Source: Octopus vulgaris
Lineage: Eukaryota
Direction of reading: 5' to 3'
Assembly: GCA_951406725.2 (NCBI GenBank)
Contig: OX597822.1
Location: 100,998,001 to 101,062,000, forward strand
DNA length: 64,000 nt
Part shown: positions 25,052-37,608 of the stretch, piece by piece
Layout: the number at the start of each line of letters is the position of its first letter
Numbering within the stretch: position 1 is the first letter of the stretch
Translations under genes and position numbers: made by a program
The notes under the pieces: model-generated
Database searches by the model: none
Seen by the model: the letters and a program-made list of their open reading frames with translations, nothing else
Told to the model about the DNA's origin: nothing

Positions 25052-25440
25052 TACAGGACACCACAAATAAACGTAGAACACAACGAGAAACGAAAACATA
25101 AAAACAAACAAGGAAACGGACTTTTTTTAACAACGAAAAAACAGAGTACAAGACAAACAATACAAGGAATATTCCCCTTCATCAGCTGCCCCTGGTTCGA
25201 CTCAATGCGTGTCTCGAAGGTAAGGGCAGAACACGATCCGGTCGAAGCAGTCCTTCCTGCAAAATGAATTAAATAAAATTCTTTTGCAGAGGGGTAAAAA
25301 AAGAAAAAAGTAACAAGAACAGGACGTAAAAGCAATACAAATAAAAATACAGTACACATAAAGAATAAAAACAGGACAAGGAACCAATATTGAGGGCTTT
25401 TTTAAGCCTAGACGGTGGAAAAATTCGTTGGAGCGCAATT
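24935..25440. repeat. microsatellite-associated interspersed repeat (second copy at 37835-38048), possibly Penelope-derived
   Basis: TGTACATACCTACATCTATATG...GTACAGGA...ACAGAGTACAAGAC...CAAGGAATATTCCCCTTC is shared with 37859-38025. Confidence 0.6.
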
Positions 25441-25479
25441 CGTGTGTGTACTATTTTTGTCTGTCTGTATTTTTTTCTC

Positions 25480-27392
25480 TCCAGTTTCAGCTGCGGCCAT
25501 GCGGATGCACCGCCGTTTTGCTACACTGTTATTACTGAGAGTCTCCTCTAATATGTGGCACTTGGCGAAGAATGGAGTTTGATATAGCTACCCTCATTTG
25601 CACCTCTTGCCGTGAGGTAGGTTCATCTGGGATTCTCGATAGGAAGAGGTCCAGCTTTGATTTTAAAAAAACCCCTACATCTACTTTGTGAATGTTCCTC
25701 AGGCTCTTTGGGAGAATATTAAAAAGCTGTGGGGCCCTGAAATCCAGGTTGTTGCAGTAACTGGTCCTGAAGCGTGATGACATTGCTGGGATCTTTGGCA
25801 CTATGCAGTATCGTCCCGTTCTGGCATTGGTGTAGCTTTCAATGCCAAAAATTTGCACAATTCCTTCCAGGATCTTCCAAATATATATTACTGCTTACCT
25901 CTCCCGTCTTCTCTCCAGGGAGTAGAGTCTTAGCTGTTTCAACCTTTCCCAGTAGCTGAGCTGTTGCAAAGAGACGATCTTCTTTGTGAATCTGGTCTGG
26001 ATTGCTTCAAGGTCGCTGTTAATTTCACACTGGTGGGTAACCATATCTATGAGCAGTAATCCAGGCGGCTGAGGACGAATGTCCGTCAGAGGACCATCAT
26101 GGTTTCCTTATCTCTGGTTCTGAATGTTCTTAGGATCCATCCAGCCATTCGTCTGCACTTGTCGCCATCCTGGTAATGTGCACTTGGAAAAAGGTATCAT
26201 CACTCATGTTGATACCTCACTGATTTAGGCTCTGGGACTGAAATTCCCTCTGTAAGTTTCATATACAGTTTTGGATGCTGATAGCGCAGGGCTTGGAATT
26301 TTTCAGCATTAAACTGTATATTATTATCCTCAGCCGATCTGTAAATTGAGACGAACATCTGCTGCAGGTGTGCAACATCGCTGGGGTTCTGTATTTTCTG
26401 TGAGACTTTCGTATCGTCTGCATAGCTGGCCAGAGTGGCTATCCGGGCATTTGAGGGCATATCTGAGAGGGCCACTATAAAAAGCAGTGGTCCGAAGACA
26501 GTGACCTGTGGAACACCGCTCACTATTTGTGTGTTCATAGAGGTGGCTCCATTAACCACTACTGCCTGACTCCTATCTTTCAGAAAGTTATGTAACCACT
26601 CTCCAAGTTTTCCAGCTATGCCGAGGTCACGCAGTTTGTAGCATATCATACGATGATCCACCTTGTCAAAAGCTTTTGCAAAATCAAGGTAGATTACGTC
26701 CACATTAGATTTGTTGAGTAACTGCCTCAACACCCAGTCATAATGTTGTAAGAGCTGGGTCAGGCAGCTCCTACCTGGTCAAAAACCATGCTGTGTATCA
26801 CTCAGCAAGTTATTTTCTTTAAGGATTGCGATTAGTTTCCCTCTGACTATCCGTTCCATGATTTTGCTGATGTGTGAAGTCAGAGAGATAGGCCTATAGG
26901 TTTTGGCATCTGCTCTGCTTCCCCCTTTATGGATTGGGCATATTATTCCCTCCTTCAGCTTGCTTGCCAGTTTGCCATTTGCAAGAAAGCTCTGGAAGAG
27001 AATCTGGAGGGGTTTTGCCAGGGCATGCTTACACGATTTGAGGAGGATTGTTGGGAAACCTTGAGGACCAGCAGTTGAGTTTGTGTCCACTTCGTCTATG
27101 GCTAGTAGTATATCTTCTTCGCTAATGTCAATGTATTCCATAGTAACTGCCTCGCTGGTTATAGATAAGGCGGCAAAGAAGTTCACTGGTACGTTCACTT
27201 GTCTGTGTTCCAATGGGGTGGTAAAGACCCCTTTTAACTGGTCATTCAGTATCTCACTGATCTTAGTTGAACTGTCTGTGAGGGAGCCATCCATTTGGAA
27301 GAGGGGTCCTATCTTGCAGCGTACTGAGGCTGTTTCTTTTGCATAATGAAAGAAGGCCTTTGGGTTTGACTTAATGTTTTTATAACCCAGGC
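25480..27392 (-). mobile_element. CR1-group LINE, 5'-truncated ORF2 (reverse transcriptase) pseudogene with 3' UTR
   Basis: IKSNPKAFFHY, PIHKGGSRADAKTYRPISLTSHISKIMER, QHGF*PGRSCLTQL, DVIYLDFAKAFDKVDH, SGVPQ, YADDTK, LKSKLDLFLSRIPDEP. Confidence 0.92.
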
Positions 27393-27506
27393 TTCTGTAT
27401 TGGATATCAATTTCAATGTTGGTGCATTTTTTATAATAAGAACGTCTAGAATAGGAAGTTGGTCTTGACTATATTCCATTGTAAATTGGATATGGTTGTT
27501 GACACT
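27393..27506 (-). mobile_element. Penelope-like element reverse transcriptase fragment
   Basis: NSVNNHIQFTMEYSQDQLPILDVLIIK matches the PLE motif N..H..I.FT.E.E....LPFLDV.I. Confidence 0.75.
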
Positions 27507-27507
27507 G

Positions 27508-27875
27508 TTGCTTACCAACCACATGGATCCGGGTTCAGTCCCACAACGTGGCACCTTGGGCAAGTGTCTTCTACTATAGCCTCGGGCCGACCAAAGCCTT
27601 GTGAGTGGATTTGGTAGACGGAAACTGAAAGAAGCCCGTCGTATATATATATATATATATGTTTGTGTGTATGTGTTTGTCCTCCCCAACATCGCTGACA
27701 ACCGATGCTGGTGTGTTTACGTCCCCGTAACTTAGCGGTTCGGCAAAAGAGAACAATAGAATAAGTACTAGGCTTACAAAGAATAAGTCCTGGGGTCGAT
27801 TTGCTCGATCGACTAAAGGCAGTGCTCCAGCATGGCCACAGTCAAATGACTGAAACAAGTAAAAGAGTAAAAGAG
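27508..27875 (+). mobile_element. SINE family A, slightly 5'-truncated
   Basis: TTGCTTACCAACCACATGG...CCTTGGGCAAG...GCTCCAGCATGGCCACAGTCAAATGACTGAAACAAGTAAAAGAG. Confidence 0.9.
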
Positions 27876-27879
27876 AGGG

Positions 27880-28261
27880 TAAAGAGATAAAACTTACTTG
27901 GAAAAGGGTACATATGTTGGCACAGGACGTTACAGAGCGTAAACAATGTAAAATACGAAAACAACATGAATACAAAATTTGGATACATGGAATATGAACT
28001 TTTTTTGCAACGCGTTCACCACCTCACCTCATTTAGGCTTAGCAGCCCTTCCTGTTTGTTTTCACTGCCCTGTTTTTGTTACCAATTTTGACCCTCCCCA
28101 AAATCCCACATTTTATATAAGTTGCATATGCCTGTGGCCCACAAATCTCTGGGTTCCGTAGCGAATTCACCGTACGATCGAGCCGGTCGATCGTCGTCGC
28201 TCGACTTGGTAGGGTCCCGGGTTTTCCGAAGAGTTTGAGCGACAGCAGGTGGTTCGTAACA
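27880..28261 (-). mobile_element. possible LTR fragment
   Basis: GC-richer block beginning TGTTACGAACC on the minus strand next to (TA)n; the matching other end is not clearly seen. Confidence 0.3.
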
Positions 28262-28268
28262 ATATGTG

Positions 28269-28302
<34 letters not shown>

Positions 28303-28324
28303 CATACATATATATATATTTTGC

Positions 28325-28355
<31 letters not shown>

Positions 28356-29074
28356 AAGATTAAATAATAAGGATAGAAGTTGATATTAATCGATTAAAAC
28401 TAGTGGCTTATATATATATATATATATATATACATACACATACATACATATATATTACGCCTACACATACATACATACATACATACATACATTTATACAC
28501 ACACACTAACACACACGCACATATATATTTCTCTAAAGTTTTCTTCAACTGTTAAGTAAGCTTCATTAATTTTCTGTTAAAGTGGTTCAATTTTTCCCTT
28601 ACTTATTTTCAACCACTTTGAGGCTAACAGGTTATTCAGTTTTACCCAATACCAATAAACCATACCAAATTATTCGATTATTGATTTTATTTTATTTACC
28701 ATTGTAAGCCAAAATTAAAATATAATTTAAGGCACGCCTTCTAACCCTAGTTGGTGAGCTTTGTTTACAATATACGAATCGACTTTCTGATATCTGATAT
28801 TTCATTATCTAAACTCTCCTTCGTATTCATTTTCTTATAATTTCTATTAAATATAATCGGTTTAATGTATTTAATATATTTGACTTTATAATTAGATAAT
28901 AATAATTGACATCAATTTAGTTTCAGCAAACAGAGATGTAGTCTACACGCATACTCAAAATCAGGTTGCCATAACTTTGCAACTGAGCATGTCATCTCAA
29001 GAGATGCATGTTATATACTGACCACTTCTCCATACACACAAGCATACAAACATATACACTTACACAAAAACATT

Positions 29075-29690
29075 CAGGGTGGGGTGCTGAAAGGTTTCCT
29101 CTTTGGTTAAAAGAAAATACAGGAGGATCACTCTTTTACTCTTTTACTCTTTTACTTGTTTCAGTCATTCGACTGTGGCCATGCTGGGACACCGCCTTTA
29201 GTCGAGCAAATCAAACCCAGGACTTATTCTTTGTAAGCCTAGTACTATTCTATCGGTCTCTTCTGCCGAACAGCTATGACACGGGGACGTTAACACACCA
29301 GCATCGGTTGTCAAGCGATGTTGGGGGAACAAACACTGACACACAAACGTATATATATATATATATACATATATACGACAGGCTTCTTTCTGCCAAATCC
29401 ACTCACAAGGCTTTGGTCGGCCTGAGGCTATAGTAGAAAACACTTGCCCAAGGTGCCACGCAGTGGGACTGAACCCGGAACTATGTGGTTGGTAAGCAAG
29501 CTACTTACTACACAGCCACTCCTGCGCCTATCAGTTAATTATTAATTTATTCAACATATTTCTTTCTCAGATTCACACACGTATTGCAGCCGTCCTCCAG
29601 TTTTCCGAAGCCCTGTAAAAGAACTCGAATGGCTGGGCCCCCAATCAGGCTTTTCGCGATACCCTTAAAGCTAGGAACTTTTTAGTATCC
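29075..29690. mobile_element. mariner-derived non-autonomous fragment interrupted by SINE A
   Basis: GGGGTGCTGAAAGGTTTCC mariner-like terminus; sequence resumes after the SINE with TTTATTCAACATA...GCAGC..TCCTCCAGTTTTCC. Confidence 0.45.
29131..29528 (-). mobile_element. SINE family A, full length
   Basis: Ends CAGCCACTCCTGCGCC (reverse complement of the head); tail (CTCTTTTA)n. Confidence 0.9.
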
Positions 29691-30169
29691 TATCATACAT
29701 GCATACACATATTTGCACATGCATATACACTATATCTCTTTTTCTCTGTTCACAGTTTCTGAAGAATATTGCTATTTTAAGATTAGCTTGCTACTTGGGA
29801 TATCATATTACATATCGTAATACGCCTGAATATATCAAAAACATAATTTGTCTGAACGCTACGTTTCCAATTGCTTTTAAATCTATCAGCTCGGTTCGTA
29901 AGCCCACCGCCATCCCCACAATATATACATGTATATGTATGTACATATATAAAATATATATGCACACACTTATACATACATATTTATATGACTATATACG
30001 TAGATAATCAGATAGATATTTCTTGTTCAGATCTTTCAGAGTTTTCCTTAAACATAGTTTATCAGTTTGTTTTCTAAAACGAATATCTACAAATTGTTCT
30101 CCTTTCAAGTGTCTTACACACACAGCCGTCAGTAAAGAGACTTCCAGCAGAAACAATGCTTACGTACGT

Positions 30170-31400
30170 ATACCGGGTTGAATGAAATGTTTTTTTTTAT
30201 ATTTCAAGCTTCAACTAAGAGCTCAAACAAATTACATACGATAAACGTTTATTCATGAAGATATAGCCTATCATAGTCTATTGTCTGTTGCCATGGCTGT
30301 GTCAGAAGCTCAATTCCACACTTATAGTATTCGGCTGGTTCAGAAGCAAAAAAAAAAAAAAAAAATCTCAGCATTCGTTTTCAGCCTCTTCCATCTGGGA
30401 CAAGATCAAAGTGCAACACTCCCTATAAATTTCGCCAAACACTCAAAATGACCGTCAGTTCAAACCACCCTTGTTTGAAAATTAGTTCTGAAGCCTGGCT
30501 GGAACAAATCTGCTGATTTTTCTTATTAGGATTACGAAAGTAGATCCATTTTTCATCCTCAGTTACAATTCGACGACCAAAACGGGAATCTCGAGGATTT
30601 GCCAGTAATTGTTTGCAAATATTCACGCATTGCTGAGTCTGGTCATTGGTCAGTGTGGAGGCGCAATGGCCCAGTGGTTAGGGCAGCGGAGTCGCGGTCA
30701 TAGGATCGCGGTTTCGATTCCCAGACCGGGCGTTGTGAGTGTTTATTGAGCGAAAACACCTAAAGCTCCACGACGCTCCGGCAGGGATGGTGGTGATCCC
30801 TGCTGTACTCTTTCACCACAACTTTCTCTCACTCTTACTTCCTGTTTCTGTTGTACCTGTATTTCAAAGGGCCGGCCTTGTCACTCTCTGTGTCACGCTG
30901 AATATCCCCGAGAACTACGTTAAGGGTACACGTGTCTGTGGAGTGCTCAGCCACTTACACGTTAGTTTCACGAGCAGGCTGTTCCGTTGATTCGGATCAA
31001 CCGGAACCCTCGTCGTCGTGACCGACGGAGTGCTTCCATCCATTGGTCAGTTCATAAGGGACTTTTCGACAGCATCTATTCACAAGGCCGAACTTATAAA
31101 GCTGTCAATGGCATAGTACGAATGCTTGTATTTAGTTGTTCAACCATTTCAAACAAAACCTCATCTTTCTCAACAGAAGATTTCCCTGAACGTAGTTTGT
31201 CTTCGAGGTTGGTGCTACCTACCTTGAAACATCTGAACTAGCTTAATGTCACACGTTCGTTGACAGCTCCTGCGCCTTTCATATCATTAATTTCTTTTAC
31301 AGCTGCTCTTGCACCCAGTAGTCTCACTCTTTCACTGGTAGTCTCAAGTGGAACTAATTGCAATTTTTTCACCACTCATTATCAAAACTGTAAAATAAAG
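30170..31400 (-). mobile_element. mariner element, decayed, interrupted by SINE C
   Basis: RIVTEDEKWIYFRNP (DEKW), RAAVKEINDMKGAGAVNER...FKVGSTNLEDKLRSGKSS (HTH); TA-CCGGGTTG terminus at ~30170. Confidence 0.82.
30655..31040 (+). mobile_element. SINE family C, full length, 11 bp TSD
   Basis: TSD CATTGGTCAGT at 30644-30654 and 31041-31051. Confidence 0.93.
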
Positions 31401-31425
31401 AATAAACAATTAATGTTTATATGTT

Positions 31426-31678
31426 TTTTTTTTGCCTTTTTAAAGCCTAGCCAGGCTCATGGGCCCGGTTTCCCGGTTTCTATGGCGTATGTGTTCCCCA
31501 GCTGGACGGGACGCCATTCCATAGCAGCGTTACTCATTTTTGCCAGCTGAGTGGACTGGAGCAACGTGAAATGAAGTGTTTTGCTCAAGAACACAATGCG
31601 TCACCCGGTCCAGGAATCGAAACCACAATCTTACGATCATTATGCTGACACCCTAACCACTTAGCCACGCACCTCCAC
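31426..31678 (-). mobile_element. SINE family D (tRNA-derived), 11 bp TSD, poly(A) tail
   Basis: Head GTGGAGGTGCGTGGCTAAGTGGTTAGG...GGTTTCGATTCCTGG; TSD GTTTATATGTT at 31415-31425 and 31679-31689; partial copy at 46340-46480. Confidence 0.85.
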
Positions 31679-31779
31679 GTTTATATGTTACCTATGAAAA
31701 TAAAGAATAAACTGTTCAGCAACGACTGGATAAGTTGTATCAAATTAATGATATAAAATGGAGATACAAATTAACTATT

Positions 31780-32295
31780 ATGTTCACACTTGACAGTTGT
31801 TTTGATGAGAATGTTCAATCAGTATTCAATGTGTTGTACGTATTCAACAACAGGGAGGATTCTCTTTTCATTTCAAGGCAGTCTAACTTTTCGAACGGCA
31901 TTGTGTATTGCTTTTGCAACAACGTTGTATAGGGAGGTAGTACCTTGATGACATTTTTGGGCAGCTGCTAATCACATGTGTGATGCCTTCCGCGAAAATA
32001 TTTCATAATCTACATTTTCGATTGCATAGTGGAGCTTCAGAAATTTCACTGCCTCTTTTGTTTATTAGGTATTTCGTAGCAGTCTCTTGTTCTTGGATTT
32101 CGAATGCATAACCTTCAAAGTGTGATGCAACAGTTACGAGTGCGAAAGGCTGCACTTCACGTTGATATTACTGTCTTTAAGTCTTTGGGAAACCCATGTA
32201 GTGTTTTCGTTTTTTTGGTACGATGAGCGTTTTACATCCAGGTCTTCATTGAGGTATGTTTGTCAAGCTGTTTATGAGTTGTGTGGGAGATTATC

Positions 32296-32381
<86 letters not shown>

Positions 32382-32775
32382 ATGCTTTCTGAAGAAGCTC
32401 TGCCGACCTAGGATGTTGTTCTCTTCGATTTTCAGCACTAAGTTTATGTATTTAATTTTGTTAGTGATATTTATCAAGTGCTGTTTCAAAGAGACTATAC
32501 GAAATTCGAATGATATCTGTATTGATCTCAAACCTCTGTCTCCTTCATCTCTTCGATATCACTGTCTCTGAGAAAGTTTATGACAGAATCTTGTGGGTTT
32601 CCCCTACAAACCAGTCAAGTATCCCAAATGTTCAAATCAACAGGGGTGTTACAAATACATTGTGTGATATTGTCTTGTAAGTTCCGACTTCCATATTTTT
32701 CGAAGCCTAGTATAATATTCTCGAGTCCCTGTCTTTGCTCACAGAACCTTCGTATGTATGTTTTCATCAATGTCT
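31780..32775 (-). mobile_element. R4/Dong-like (RLE) LINE C-terminal fragment, decayed
   Basis: HNVFVTPLLI*TFGILDW, GDRGLRSI, SHFEGYAFEIQEQETATKYL, CRL*NIFAEGITHVISSCPKMSSRYYL (CCHC). Confidence 0.78.
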
Positions 32776-33122
32776 AGGCATTTGTAGTATGTATGTATGT
32801 ATGTATGTATGTATGTATGTATGTATGTATGTATGTATGAATGAATGAATGAATGTATGTATGAATGTATGTATGTATGTATGTATGTATGTATGTATGT
32901 ATGTATGTATGTATGTATGTATGTATGTATGTATTTGATTTCCTGTTTCCTTGAGTTTCTGTCATGAAATATACCAACGTAGATATGTCTATCTACATAT
33001 CTATATACTTTTTAATGACATACAAATACGGCGGATATATATATATATATCATGTTGATTCGTTAGTTACTGCACGCATTTTTTTTCTCTCCTTCTTTCT
33101 GTGTTTTTTTTCTCTCTGTGTA

Positions 33123-33160
33123 TCTTTCTGTTGAAGAGCGTAGGCTCGAAACGTTAAAGA
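33123..33160 (+). ncRNA. minimal type I hammerhead-like motif (A6>U) in a Penelope-type terminal remnant
   Basis: UCUUU-CUGUUGA-A-GAGC(guag)GCUC-GAA-ACGU-U-AAAGA: stem I UCUUU/AAAGA, stem II GAGC/GCUC, palindromic stem III ACGU; located between (TA)n arrays. Confidence 0.6.
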
Positions 33161-33258
33161 CTTGTTTTATTTATATTTCCTGAGCGCCATACTAATACAA
33201 TTGTTCGTTTTTTTTCCACCTGCCTTCGTCTTTTGTCTATTTTCATAAAGCTTCCTGT

Positions 33259-33448
<190 letters not shown>

Positions 33449-34169
33449 GTACATATATGTATGCATGTATATATATATATATGTGTGTATATATATATAA
33501 ACATATATACGTGCATACACACACACGCATACAAACACACACACACTCAGACACACTGAAACACTGAAACACGCATATTACTAAAACGTTACAGACACGG
33601 CAGACACTGAGCTATCGACAAGACAAAAAGCTGCTTCACTTAATTCTTTGAACTTACCTGGTGACAAACTAAATAGAATTATGTGACGAAATTAATATCA
33701 CAGCATGCGCAAATTTTGTTTTTGTTTGTTAAACTAAATGTACGTATATATTTATGAATGCATGCACGTATGTTCCTATGTACGTATGCATTTCCCAATA
33801 TATGTATGTCGACTATTCAACGCTGTAGCAGACTGTAGATTCGAAGTAAAATTCCAAATTTCAATGCGTATAACTTTAGATCTATTGTGTTTGTTTCGCA
33901 GAATACTTTGGAATTGATTTCAAGGCATCATACTGTCATACATTGTGAAAAATTTATCGAACTGCTAAGGAGACTTGGAAAGATTTGGCTAACAATAGCA
34001 CAATAAATTTCATTCATCTCAGAAGTACATCTACAGTCTGTAACTTAGAAAAGTTTGTCACAAAGATTATTTTATTCAGCTCAGTGTGTATTACAATAGC
34101 GATTGCTAAAATTTAGATATTTGCAAAGGAAAAGTAGGTTGCCGTTCCCTTAGTGCTAGTTGATAATTA

Positions 34170-34584
34170 GGATCTTTTCGGTTTGAACGGCAGTTTTTTC
34201 TAGCGGTGTCATATGAAATTGTTACCCATAATTATGACCCTAGTATCGATCTATTGCATTTCAATCTATTTTAGGGTTAGGGTTAGGGGTGGGGGGAAGG
34301 ATATCTTTTTTTATTCATAAATGTAAATAAACCCAATCTGTTTCTTAAACGAAGGACATATTCATACGGCACAGAATGTTTTCATCTCAATGGACGTCAG
34401 TGATTGGTTGAAATTGCAGAAATTGAAGAAAACAACAACAAATATCTTACAAACTATAGAATTTTCTCAATAAAGCCAAGAGAAAAAGATGTTTTATAAA
34501 CACATTCTACCAGTATACGAAGTTTAAATTTTTTTAGTTACCTAGAAATTATGTTAAAAACTGCCATTCAAGCCGAAAAGATCC
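34170..34584 (-). mobile_element. telomeric-repeat TIR element, copy 3, flanked by a 76 bp direct duplication
   Basis: GGATCTTTTCGG...GAAAAGATCC; (TTAGGG)3 at ~34270-34288; 34094-34169 is repeated at 34585-34660 with 3 mismatches. Confidence 0.92.
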
Positions 34585-34849
34585 CAATAGCGATTGCTAA
34601 AATTTAGATATTTGCAAAGGAAAAATAGGTTGCAGTTCCCTTAGTGCTATTTGATAATTATTATCAGTGAAGTTTTTATTGACAAGAATATTGACATCTA
34701 TAGTTACAAATGTAACTGTTTTGTTTTATTTAAGTCATAGTATCGCATAATCAAAGGACACATTTCATTTGTAATTTACAAGGCTATGAGTACTCGGTCA
34801 TGCTTTCTCTAGTCGTAGTTACTTGCGTTTAAAATATGTCATTTGAGCG

Positions 34850-35375
34850 TCGGACAAAATGACGTTTTACGTTCTGGGTTCAAATCTCGCTGAAGCCAAC
34901 TTTGTCTTTCATCTCTCCAGGGTCGATAAAATAAAATAGTAGTCTAGCTGTGGCGTCGAAGTAATCAACTGACAACATTCCCTAAATTTTGCTGGCCTTG
35001 TGCCTGAGTTAGTAAACTTATATATAAAGAACAGTGAATAGGTCAAATCGTTAGAGCATCCGACAAAGTACTATGCAGTATATGCTCGGGATTTTTTCGT
35101 GCTGCGTTCAAATCTTGCAGAGGTCAACTTTGCCTTTTATCTTTCTGGAGTCGAAAAAAAAGTACTAGTCTATTACTGGGATCGATTTTACCGACTACCC
35201 TATCCCCCAGACTGTAGATCCCGGCCGATATTAGAAAAAATTATTTTGCATAAGTTACAAGTAATGGGCTGGCAGAGGCATTAGAACATCGAACAAAATG
35301 CCTCACGGTATGTTCTTTTAAACTTCCTATCTTCTGAGTTCAAATCTCGGTGAAGCCAGTTTTACCTTTTATCCA
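34850..35375 (+). mobile_element. cluster of three old SINE-B-like copies
   Basis: Repeated TTCAAATCT..C.GA.G.CAACTTTG.CTTT.ATC motifs. Confidence 0.55.
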
Positions 35376-35546
35376 GTAAAATCAAGATTCCCTACGTGTA
35401 ATGTGAAAATACTTTCAAAGAAGCTAACAGTCAATAATAATGATGATAATAATAATCCTTTCTTTATTGATCACAGGGGCTCACACAATCAATAGAAAAA
35501 AAACTTGACAAATAGATATCAAAACTTGTGTGTGTGCATGTATTTA

Positions 35547-35632
<86 letters not shown>

Positions 35633-35649
35633 GTATGTATGTATGCAGC

Positions 35650-36802
35650 AACGGGAAAAAGGGCTGTGTGCTTGCCGCCACCCTATTTGGCATCTCCTTT
35701 GCAGTCATGCTGAAACATGCATTTGGGACATCAACTGATGGTGTTTACCTCCACACTAGATCAAGTGGCAAAAAGTTTAGTCTGTCGAGGCTGAAAGCAA
35801 AATCGAAGGTGCGTTAGGTACTAGTCAGAGAAATGCTTTTTGCAGACGATGCAGCACTGACAGCGCATTCTGAAGAGCAAATGCAAAACCTCGTGGACAA
35901 ACTTCCAAAGTCCTGTATGGAATTCAGCCTGACTATCAATCTGAAGAAGACTTAATTAATGGGTCAAAGCGTCAAGCACATCCCAACCATCCCCATCAAC
36001 AACTACTAGCTGGAGGTAGTCTATCAATTCAACTATCTCGGTTCTACCATCTCTGATGACTTCTCTATGGGCCCTGAGATCAACAGACGAATCGGACAAG
36101 CACCCTCTACATTTGTCAGACTCACAAAGAAAGTTTGGGGAAAAAAAAACTGGCTGCAAACACCTAAATTGCTGTCTGTAAGTCGTGCATCCTTGGTACG
36201 CTACGTTATGGATGTGGAGCCTCTACTATAGACAGGGACGGCATCTCAACGTCTTTCACCTTCGTAATTGGAGACACATCTTGGACATCAAGCGGACCGA
36301 CCACATCACCAACACCGAAGTCCTCAACCGAGCCAAGATACCTATCATACACATCTTGTTCCAGCAGCGTCGTTTGCGCTGGCTCGGTCATGTTCATCGT
36401 ATGCCAGACGTAAGGATCTCAAAAGACCTTCAGTTTGGGTAATTGGCCACCGGCACAAGAGCACGAGAATGACCTCATCTTCATTTCAAAGACGTCTGTA
36501 AGAGAGATATGAAGTCACTTGATCTGGACGTCCTGAGCTGAGGGTGGGGGGCTGCAAATGATCGCCAAAACTGGTGGTAAATACTGCGAAAAGGAATGAA
36601 GAGTGGAAGGAAAAGAGGAACTCGCCATCAAAGAGAAGCGCACTCAGGAAAATTCAGAACCCCCGGCAGAGAATTCTTTCAAGTGCAGTCGTTGTATATG
36701 TGACTGCCCCTCCCGTGTGGTCCAGTACAACCACAAAATACGCTCCACCGCCCTCTGCAGCTGACACGATTTCTTTGGGCGCAGATCCATAGCCTCTCGA
36801 GA

Positions 36803-36806
<4 letters not shown>
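35650..36806 (+). mobile_element. RTE-clade LINE, 5'-truncated RT plus C-terminus, pseudogene
   Basis: [57 protein letters not shown]; ends in (TA)n. Confidence 0.92.
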
Positions 36807-36880
<74 letters not shown>

Positions 36881-36884
<4 letters not shown>

Positions 36885-37066
36885 GTTTAGTCTGTCGAGG
36901 CTGAAAGCAAAATCGAAGGTGCGTTAGATACTCGTCAGAGAAATGCTTTTTGCAGACGATGCAGCACTGACAGCGCATTCTGAAGAGCAAATGCAAAACC
37001 TCGTGGACAAACTTCCAAAGTCCTGTATGGAATTCAGCCTGACTATCAATCTGAAGAAGACTAAAC

Positions 37067-37070
<4 letters not shown>
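36881..37070 (+). repeat. 178 bp local duplicate of RTE segment 35775-35952, bounded by 12 bp inverted repeats
   Basis: 36885-37062 equals 35775-35952 (2 differences); ends AAATGTTTAGTC and GACTAAACATTT; (TA)n on both sides. Confidence 0.88.
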
Positions 37071-37116
<46 letters not shown>

Positions 37117-37166
37117 GTTATATATATCGAGACTGTATATATATATATACGTTATATATATCGAGA

Positions 37167-37210
<44 letters not shown>

Positions 37211-37380
37211 GTTATATATATATATATATATATCAACGTTAAACCCTCCTTCTTTCCTGACCGTCCAATAATACTATACTTGTTTAACGTCCTTGCGTCG
37301 TTGTGTTTTCTCTTTGTGTTTTCATGTTTGGATTAACTTTATATATATAATATAATATAAATTATATATAAATACATGCA

Positions 37381-37449
<69 letters not shown>

Positions 37450-37570
37450 ATATAACTTATATATAAATATATGCATATATATATATATGTATATATATAT
37501 ATACATACATGCATATATATATATATATATATATATACTTTATTTAAAGCACCAGAAAATTCAACAAAAC

Positions 37571-37608
37571 CTGTTACTCTGAGTTTCCCGTTGCCGTTCA
37601 TCGGACAG
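37571..37608 (-). ncRNA. minimal hammerhead-like motif (U4>C) within a fold-back element at ~37539-37658
   Basis: Minus strand CUGU-CCGAUGA-A-CG(gcaa)CG-G-GAA-ACUC(a)GAGU-A-ACAG: stem I CUGU/ACAG, GUA triplet; flanking inverted arms at 37539-37576 and 37621-37658. Confidence 0.55.

Noticed and set aside
25165-25235. CTGATGA on the minus strand as a hammerhead
   Set aside because: No GAAA follows the downstream hairpin, and a consistent three-stem fold could not be built.
30655-30730. tRNA-like sequences (also at 1441, 4348, 9530-9599, 31610-31678, 60062, 62360)
   Set aside because: They are SINE heads: they continue into SINE bodies, several have TSDs, and I could not fold a complete cloverleaf.
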